Shown here: piece by piece, positions 51,912-64,000 of the stretch | Position numbering within the stretch: position 1 is the stretch's first letter | Layout: the number at the start of each line of letters is the position of its first letter | Assembly (NCBI RefSeq): GCF_002105155.1 | Contig: NW_019028996.1 | Location: 186,001 to 250,000 of the forward strand | Source: Lobosporangium transversale | Lineage: Eukaryota | Length of the DNA: 64,000 nucleotides | Reading direction: 5' to 3' | Program-made: the position numbers and the translations under genes | Notes under the pieces: model-generated | What the model was told of the DNA's origin: nothing | The model's input: only the letters and a program-made list of their open reading frames with translations | Database searches by the model: none

Positions 51912-52878
51912 ATGACACACTTGTATTCAGGAACCAGGCAGAATAGTGCTCACTTCTTAACAGCCTTTAGACAACTTGCCAGGCTACGGTGTCCAGGACA
52001 GCACTACTCTTATCATCATCACCACCATCAATCAAAATGTTCTCGTCCTATGAATCTCCTAGTAAGGATATCTAGGACTTTTGTATCTTCATCCTGCTCG
52101 ATCTCTCCTTCTCCCTCTCCTCTTTTCAACCGCTTATCATATTATGGAGCAATACCATGCACAAAGTCAAGGCATATTCAACAAAGCACCTTGATTCCTT
52201 GCCATCATCATCATTATTCCACTGCTGCAACTATAGAAACAACCAATGCAGCAGAAGGAACAAGTTCATTTGCAGATGATGCATCAAATCTCTACCTCAA
52301 AGAAAACAAAAGAAAAGAACGAGTCTTGTTATTGATGTCTGGCGGTGTGGACTCCTCTATGTGTGCACATATCTTGCATCATCAAGGATACGATGTGACG
52401 GGTCTATATATGCATAATTGGAACCATCAAGAGGAAACTCAGGATGAAATCCCTCTACCTGTTACTGAAACCATATCCGATGGTGGTAATAACCATACCA
52501 GCAACAACACCAAAAATAACAACAACAGCAATAATAATAATAATAGCGTTAATAAAACTCCACGCACTAGTCGAATCCGACCAAAGACTTGTACCTCGGA
52601 ACGGGACTGGGCAGATGTACAAGCAGTTTGTGCTCAAATCGGGATCCCTGCACTTCGACTTGATTTCTCAAGACAATATTGGAATCAGGTCTTTGAAGTG
52701 ATGCTGCACGAATATGAGCGTGGACGGACACCCAATCCTGATATTTCTTGTAATCGAGAGATCAAATTCGGAGAATTGATTGAGTGGTGCCATCGTCATG
52801 GAGGTCTGGGCAAAAATCGGAGTCGAAAACAGGAGAAGGAGCAACAACAGCAAAAACAACGAGGACAGAAGCAAGCGA

Positions 52879-52953
<75 letters not shown>

Positions 52954-53974
52954 GGCAGGGGCAGGGGCAGGAGCAGGGGCAGGAGCAGGAGCAGGGGCAA
53001 GGGCAGGAGCAGGAGCAGGAGCAGGAACATTATCCAGGATGGGATTACCTTGCTACGGGACATTATGCTCGCGTAGAACGGAATCCTCTCACAGGGCAGG
53101 CTCGCCTCCTACGTGCTTTAGATAATAATAAGGATCAAACATATTATCTTTCAACACTTTCAGAAAAAGTCCTCCAACATGTTATCTTCCCATTAGCACA
53201 ATTTGATAAACCCACTGTGAAGAAAATGGCGCTAGAGTATGGCGCTTCCGCTCAGTGGTCACATCTCAAAACTGCTGCAGAAAAGAAGGAAAGCATGGGG
53301 ATCTGTTTTGTAGGGCAGCGGCGTCGTTTTGGAGAGTTTTTAACAGAGTATTTAGAGATGACTCCTGGTCCAGTTCGAGTTGATGATTTGAATGGACCTT
53401 TGATTGGACAACATAAAGGACTTTACAGATATACGATTGGTCAAGCTTCAACTGTGGTTCATGGTCATCAAAAATGGGTTGTTTTAAAAACGGATCTGGA
53501 GACCAATACTTTAGTGGTCGTGGATGGTACACAGAATCCTAAACTATTCTCGCCTGGGTTGGTCGCTGAAGATTGGCACTGGATCGCTGGGACTCCGCCT
53601 CAGAAGTTGCTCGATATCTTATCGTCAACAGAGTTGCACAAGGAACAGTTTCCATTCACAGCTCAAATCCGACATCGCCAAGTCCCTCGTATGTTTTTTT
53701 TTTTGTGGCTCTACTATATTTCACAAAATCGATTTTCGATTTGCTAAAGCTTTTTTTTTTTTTTTTCGATACTCAAGAACCCTGTACAATTGAGCCAATT
53801 ATCGGTAGGGACAATGGAGCAAACGATGTGAACTCTGTAACAGAGTTTCGAGTACATTTCAAGGACCTTCAACGAGCAATTGCCCCAGGACAACAGATCG
53901 TATTATATGATCAAGATGAATGCCTCGGTGGCGCCGTCATTCGCTCCAGCCTTTTGTCCGAATCTACCCCATGA
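51912..53974 (+). CDS. SLM3: Mitochondrial tRNA 2-thiouridylase MnmA/TRMU, 2 exons
   Basis: [53 protein letters not shown] and [14 protein letters not shown]. Long presequence-like N-terminus. Confidence 0.96.
52881..53027 (+). repeat. Coding (GAGCAG/GGGCAG)n repeat encoding (EQ/GQ)n
   Basis: About 24 hexamer units inside the SLM3 ORF. Confidence 0.95.
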
Positions 53975-54078
53975 TCATAAAGCAAGAACGTTATCATAGA
54001 CAGATCACTTAATAGAAGAATAAGAGTATTTATATGATACGGATTAATGAAATGAAAAGTCTGTACTCTATACATCTA

Positions 54079-57054
<2,976 letters not shown>

Positions 57055-57818
57055 GATGGCGGCAAAGCGTGCGTCCAGGGTGGGAGACCGGATCTCTTAT
57101 GAAGACAGGAAGAAGCACCCTTCAGGGAAGGGATACAAATTGTCGTTATTATGTTTTGGCAGGATGAGATTAAGTTGACCCGTCTTCAGAGAATGAGAAA
57201 GGATGAAAGAAGGTGAGAACCGAGTAGAAGAGAGAAGGAAGAAAACTAGATGAGATGGATGCAAAAGAGATGATGGCGAAACATTCGGGGGGAAAAAAAA
57301 AAAAAAAAAAAAAGGTTACAATATCCATCATATTCATCAAATAATATTAAATGTACTTTTTATTAAAATTACACATTCAACATTCACACATTTTATCCGT
57401 CTTTGTAGCCTTAAAACGAATGAAAGATCTAATGAAAAAGATTCCTGCGAATTTGGGTTGAAAAAGAAGAAGCCAGCGTTGTACGGCATCCATCAGCATG
57501 TACACGTGCTGAATCCATATTGGAGCAATGCTTTCCAACATATATTTGTAAAGAATGTGACCCATTAACCAAAGCACGTTCCTGAGACGCAGGAGCCAAC
57601 AGGGCAACATCATATTCTTCTACGCCACTCATTGGGTAGCATTTTTTTTTTCTTTTAGTTTGTCACACAACGCAACAAGTTCACACGCATAGTCTACATG
57701 TACATGTACTTTTGTATTTCCAAACAGAGCAGAACTCTTGATCGATTGTTGAAGTATGTCTTTTTTTATTTTTACATTGTTTTTGTGGTAAAGTCTTTTC
57801 ATATTTAAACATATTATT

Positions 57819-59272
57819 TTACAATTCATCCTTAACGGTCTCCTTCTTGGTTTCCTTTGTCTCCTTGACGGCCTCTTCCTCCTTCACTGCCACAGGCTCG
57901 GGTTCAGGCTCGCTGACTGCCTCAGGCTCAGGCTCTGTCTTTGTCTCTTTGGTCTCCTTGGCCTCGGTCTTCTCATCATCCTCATCAAGCTCATCAGTCT
58001 CAACTTTCTTAGTCTCTTCCTCCTTAACGGCTGCTGCTTCCTCCTCACGTTTCTTCTGTGCCTCTTTCTCCTCCTGTTCTTTCTTCTCCTTAGCCACAAG
58101 AGCATCGGTTTCCTTGGGCTTGTTCTCCTTCCACTGGCTCAAGTACTTGTCGGCGAGCTCGGCATCAGTGGTGACAACAATGTCATCAAAGATGCTACCA
58201 GACTTAACTTGCCAGAGATCCAAGCCAACACCGGCAATCTTGTAGTGAGCGAGCTCGGGATCCTCCTTAAATTCGGGGTTAGGAATCTGCTTAGGTGTCC
58301 ACTCGCCCTTGTAATCAGGGTTGTCAATGTACTTAGGCTCCCACTCCTCAAAGTCAGGGTTAGGGATCTCAGCGGGCTCCCATTCTCCATCGGATTCATC
58401 ATCCCAATCCGCGGGCTTGACAGCATCGGGATCAGGGATGTAGCGGGGGATATCGTCGTAGTTGTCAGGCTTGACATGGTTAGGTTCCTGGATTCTAGCA
58501 TCATCAACCCAGTCTTCGGGCTTCTTATCATCAGGATCAGGGATGGTGCGGCTGGGATAGACATCCCACTGCTCCTCCAATGGAACATGGTCAGAGATAA
58601 GATCACCATCGACATTGAGAGAGTACTTTTGGTCAGGATGAACAACTAAGCGGTAAAAGTGAGTCTTAGAGTCGCGAGGGACGGGGAAATTCTTCTTGAT
58701 CAGATAGTTCTTGCCCTTGTAGTTAAAGATGACATGAATACGGTTCTCAGAGCCACAAACATCAGGACCAAACATGATTGCATACTCAGAGTCGCCATTG
58801 AAGGACTTGGCATCATAGTTCTCAGGTAGAAGCTTGAGGTATGATCCACCGCACTCCTGAGGTTCTTCTTGCTTCACAGTGTATTGGACGAAGAGATCCT
58901 CCTTTGAGTTGTCAACAGTCGACTTGAAAGGGGTAGAAAGAGAATAAAAGCGGTGATCCTGTTTGGTCTGTAGTCCTTGGTTGTATTCCTTATCAGCGTA
59001 GAAAGTACCTGAGGAAAGCTCGACCTTACCAAGGTCGTCCCTGTGTGAGGAAATCATCCAGCGCTACAGATAGCACATACAAAAAAAAAAAAAAAAAAAA
59101 AAAAAAATCACGTTAGATATAACAATTGGTTTTGACACATGCTCTTCAGCACTTTATATGAACTTACGTCTTCCCACTTATCATCCGAGAAGGTTTCTTC
59201 AAGATAAGTCTGACCAGCAGCAGAGACCACAGCAGCAATAGCAAGAGATACAAGTAAGAGGGTGGACTTCAT
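57819..59272 (-). CDS. CALR: Calreticulin (soluble ER lectin chaperone), 2 exons
   Basis: Signal peptide MKSTLLLVSLAIAAVVSA, QYTVKQE..CGGSYLKLL, IMFGPDVCG, P-domain repeats (IPDPDDKKPEDW, GEWEP, NPDYKGEW), LWQVKSGSIFD, acidic tail ending KDEL, and no TM helix. Confidence 0.96.
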
Positions 59273-59974
59273 GATTCTGATATTAATATGATGTTATCTG
59301 TATGCGTATGTGTATGAATGTCTATGTGAGAAAGGGATAGAAAAGGTGCAAGAGGGGAATGAGAATGAGTAAGAATGGGGAAGTGAACAAGAGTTGATGA
59401 GAAAAGAAGGAGATGGAAGATGAAAGAAAAGGATGAGTAAGTACACTAGTAACGTATTTATACAGTCTTTCGTGTTCCTATTGGAAAGTAATCGAGTCTC
59501 ACTTCGCCATCGCGACTTTTTTTTCTCTTTCTGCCTGTGCAACTATACTCAAACTCTATTTCACTCACAGAGTTTTGATTTAAATGATTTACACAGAAGA
59601 CATGTCCATGGAATGTATTCAATCAAAGAACTGTTCCACAACCAGCTGCTCTTTTTTTTGATCGCGATAATACGATGCAATGCCTCCCATTGACAAATGA
59701 GAGACAGCCATGTCATTATCCCTAAGAAATTTATTTCCTGTGGGCAAATCATATCCAGCCATGGGCAAAAAGGACAGAAATCCAAAGGGAAAAGGGCTCA
59801 TTGAACATGGCTCCTTACGGCTGATAAAAAATGTAAAGCATGCGTCGCTATCGATCCATTTATCAACACATTATCCGTCCAATACACAACCACAACACCA
59901 TAACCATCCCAAACAAACCTTTATTTTTAAAAAATACAGTTGTTTTGGCTGGTCACCAGCCTCAATGGGACTTG

Positions 59975-60430
59975 AAAGAATAAAGTGACTTGGTCATCGC
60001 TTATAAAGGTTCTAGAAATGGTCAAGTCCTCAAGGTGGGTGTATTCCAGTAGTGTTTCCCATGTCTTTTGTAAACTCGAACATTTAAGCTTGAGCTTAAT
60101 AATTGTGGAGCTGTCAGACAATCAAATTCAGAACATGGCGCTGATCCTTGGCTGCCCATATTGACCACTCGATGGATCGGAGGCGATCCTAGCCTTGAAA
60201 TGACGTGAACTCATTTGGGAAGAAATCATTACTCAAGCTTTTCAATGTATTTCTTGTGAGTCTCTAGTGCTTCTTTAGTAGAACACCTTGAATCAGGTCT
60301 AATGATGATCGTTTTCCATACGGATTTGACAAGGGTATCGTGGAAAGCCTTGGAGGTGCCAAGGCAATTAGCGATGTCTCCTTGAGAAAGGAAAGTACCA
60401 ATATGTGTATAATTTCTGGAATGTCTAGTA
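59975..60430 (-). pseudogene. F-box/LRR-type gene remnant
   Basis: LDIPEI(frameshift)HIGTFLSQGDIANCLGTSKAFHDTLVKSVWK..EALETHKKYIEKLE* is F-box-like, followed by an LRR-like fragment (WETLLEYTHLEDLTI). Stops and frameshifts. Confidence 0.65.
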
Positions 60431-61412
60431 TTGCTGAAGAAAATGAAGATACTAATGTTAAGGGTAGGATGACATGTGTAGTGTAGATTTGAGAGTGTCA
60501 AGGAAAGCGAAAATCTATCTCATGATCAGAGAGCTGCGTTATATGTAGGGTCCTCAGATATTATGACGAGCAGTACGACCCAGATGGTATTTTAGTTATC
60601 CAAAGTTGTTGCTAATCGACAAATCTTACATTAAAAAGTATCTCTAGCTACAATTACATTGCGCACTATAGTGGCCGTATTAGCATAGAAAAGATCCGGG
60701 AGTGAGTTTGATTTTATATTACCAGAGTAAATGCATATAGCCTTCAAAGGAACACTATGTAGCTATGTGCATTCATATTGTTAATTATACTATCTGCTGG
60801 AGCCATCAAATGTAATTCAGCTCTTCAAGATCGCCAACAAGCGGCTTGAATGGTCTTTTTTTATTGCGCTACCACGGATGAGTTCAAAGGCGGGCTGGAC
60901 ACCGTTGGTATGATCGAGGCCTGATGTCTTCGCGGTCTTGATTTTTTTCTGGAGCTACCAATATTATCGTTGGGAATAATGTTCGTTGGAAAAGTTGTCA
61001 ATCCTCTTTCAGCAATGTAGAAGAGTCTCAGTTTGGTGAGCTTGCCTTATATCTCCCTCCCTGTATGACATTCCAAGGTGAAGCCTGGATTAATATTCCT
61101 GCTTGGAGGCATTTCCACTTGCATTAAAGCTTTATATAGAAGGGCATACATAGCACTCGTTATCAATCATGCCATTAACTTCAGATCTGTTACCCCTTCA
61201 CCTTAGGCAGTTTTCTACCTGTCGTTAACAGCTAAGCCACTAAATGTCAATTGCTGTGCTTGATATTCTATTCACGTGATGTTGAAGACGTGAATGGTTT
61301 GTGTAACGCGTCCCATCCTTACAATTCTTACCATTCTTACCATTCTTCCTTTACCATCATTTATTAAAAGTCAAATTCATTTCTTTATCGAAGCTTTTTT
61401 GACTCAAAGACG

Positions 61413-64000
61413 ATGTCGACTCCATCACCGCCACCACCACCACCGTCGACATCGACATCTGCAGCAAACATCGTAGGATCCAGCGCCCTTGAAGGTTCAC
61501 AAAATGCTGGTCAAGAACATGGGTCTGGAAACAACTGGAATTCCGCTCAGAAGCAGCAACAGCAACAACAAGGCAGATCACAAAGGAGGATTCCCTCTGT
61601 GTTTTCAAGAACATGGGCTCACCGTGGCAAGATCACTTTTGGTCTCTTCCTTGCCTATAGTGGAGCTAACTTTTATTAGTATGAAGCTTACTTGATCTTG
61701 CTTGATCTGCAATTTCAGCTGATCGTAAGGCCATTTTAATTTTGTTAAAGATCAATTAAATTGTAGCCATAACGCTTTTTTTTTCTTTTTTTCTTTTTTC
61801 CTTTTTTCATTGGTTATGTCACCGTTTAAATGCAAATAGCAATTGGAGACAACAGAAGATCAGGGATACTATTCCACCAAACACAGTGCTTCACTGGAGA
61901 GTTACAGACGGGTAAGCGCCTTTGTGCAAGGAAGAAATTGAATTAAATGCAAATTGGCGATGTAACGTTCTGATAACATTGTACACCATCCTTTATAGGT
62001 CAATTGTAGAAACAGACACCGATAAAGGCCACCTTCAAAAGCTTCTTAGGGCTGCAGGGGGCGATACACCCACTCCAGTCTCAACACTACTTGATGTTGT
62101 TACTGCTATTAAACATGCCAAGGACGATCCAAGGATCGTAGGTATCATGGCCAACTTTTCAACCTCTAACAATAAAACACAGCAAGCTAAAGGGCTAGGA
62201 TTGGCTCAGATCCAAGAACTACGAAGTGCCATCCAAGAGTTTAAGGAAGCCAAGGCTAAGGCTCTTGGTGGTGAAGATAAGGTGTCCCTTATTGCATTTA
62301 CAGACTCATTTGGTAGGTCTATATTTTTTGTAGAATGAATAGATGTGTCTGCTTTAATTACATTGTCTCATTTAATGCATTATATGAACTTGGCTTTTTT
62401 TTTTTTGGATCATATAGACACTCAAACGCAGTATTACTTGGCATCAGTGTTCGATAAAGTGTATATGCAGCCTACTGGAGGCATTCCTTTGGTTGGCTTG
62501 TCATCGACTGTCCCCTTTTTCAAAACTCTTTTGAATCGCTTCGGTGTCCAAGGTAAAGTGGAATAAGCCTTGTGCTTGAAAAATGTTTTCTTGATGGCCA
62601 AAAAAATAAAAAAGCCTAATCCTTTTTTCGTTTTATTAATGCAATAATCAATTACCTAGTGCGCTCTGAAGCTCGCAAGGAGTATAAAAGCGTGATCAGC
62701 CCTTTCACGGAGACAGAGCTTCCACCAGCACAGAAGCAAAATCTCTTCGATCTTCTAAAGGGTTTGAACTCACAGGTTTTGGCTGATATTGCGAAATCTC
62801 GCCAGAAAGCTCTTGGAAGCGATCCAGTTGAGAAACTGAATCATTTAATTCAAGTTGGTCCATTCATGGCTTATGAAGCAAAGGATGAAGGACTGGTGGA
62901 CGGGCTTCTATACAAAAGAGACTGTGGCAAGATCGTCGAGCAAAATGGTGCATTTGGACTGGCTCACTATATCCGCGTTAAGGGCAAGGAGCACACAAAC
63001 AAGCTTGCCAAGACAAAGGAACCCAGCCTTGTTGTGGGGATCGTTTACCTGATTGGCGGCATTAAACGGTACAGTGCTTTTTTTTTTTTTTTTTTTTTTT
63101 TTCATTCATCTTCGAAGCAACGAGTAATGGTGTTTTTTTTTTTATGGCTTGTAGTGGTGGTGGCGACTTTGGAGCCAACACCATTGTCAAAGGCATTAGA
63201 GAGGCAGCAGATGATCCTACAGTTGACGCAGTCGTCTTGAGAATTGATTCTGGCGGAGGAGACGTGGTTGCTAGCGACACTATTGGAGATGCTATTCGCT
63301 GGTGCCAAGATGAAAAGAAGAAACCTGTTATTGTTAGTTTTGGGAACACCTCTGCCAGTGGAGGATATTTTGTATCAACTCATGCCAAGGCTATTGTTGC
63401 TCAACGTAAGGCTTTGTTTTTATGTGGTCTGTTCTGAACTAGACATGATCAGACCATAACGGTTTTGAGTACAACTAACCTAAATGGTTCCATCCTTTCG
63501 TCTGATCTGGTGAAATGATAGCGACCACTATCACCGGAAGCATTGGCGTCGCTTCCATGCGACCATATTTCACTCCCGAGTTCTTCAAGATGATTGGTGT
63601 CAGTGTTGAGCAGTTCTTTACTGGATCATCTGATACGTCACTGCTCAATGATCTGGAAGGTGCTGCGTTGACACGCTTCAAACGACAAATTGATGTCACA
63701 TATGCAGATTTCCTCAAACGTGTTGCCGATGGACGAAAGATGACATTGGAGCAAGTTGAAGACATCGCTGGTGGGCGTGTCATGAATGGGAAAGAAGCTT
63801 TGAAAGGTAAGAAACGTGCAAATAAAAAAGGGGAAAAAAAATATATAAATTGTATTCGAGAACAATGCCTTTTAGCTGATATAATATAACTTTGTACCTT
63901 CCTCGCTTGATATTGCAATTTAGCTGGATTGGTAGATAAACTTGGAGGACTATCGTATGCTGTCCGATTAGCAGCTGACTATGGTCTTGAAGCGCACAAG
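61413..64000 (+). CDS. sppA: Signal peptide peptidase SppA (protease IV, S49, long two-domain type); runs off window end
   Basis: N-terminal TM, AIKHAKDDPRIVGI..GLAQIQELR, YYLASVFDKVYMQP, RKEYKS (catalytic Lys), AVVLRIDSGGG, SFGNTSASGGYF (catalytic Ser), TITGSIGV and IAGGRVMNGKEAL. GT-AG introns. Confidence 0.93.

Noticed and set aside
52780..53125. RS-repeat and GA-repeat ORFs
   Set aside because: Alternative frames of the SLM3 (GAGCAG)n repeat.

Overview
Intron-rich, AT-rich eukaryotic genomic DNA with abundant long poly(A)/poly(T) tracts. Gene content and style (calreticulin-KDEL, tepsin, Rab32-type GTPase, Crinkler-type remnants, F-box/LRR remnant) point to an early-diverging fungus, probably Mortierellaceae (inference). 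About 17 intact-looking genes were reconstructed: ARD/ADI1, a SWSAP1-like Rad51-paralog, ABP1, two small secreted Cys-rich Opy2-like proteins, LAT1, a mitochondrial 3-oxoacyl-ACP reductase, RAD9, tepsin, aminopeptidase P, Rab32-like, EFM5, SLM3/MnmA, a ZnT5/Msc2-like zinc transporter, calreticulin, SppA and two unknown genes. A repeat-rich accessory block at about 13-25 kb holds a ~6 kb element bounded by ~150 bp inverted repeats. It carries a decayed pogo-type transposase plus a second spliced cargo gene with a PD-(D/E)xK nuclease-like motif, and it truncates a Crinkler NTPase pseudogene. Further Crinkler fragments and a Helitron remnant follow. Other highlights are a Tc1 transposase with an atypical DD39E triad and an apparent +1 frameshift separating the ABP1 N-terminal half from its SH3 domains. 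All calls come from manual reading and translation; no database searches were run.
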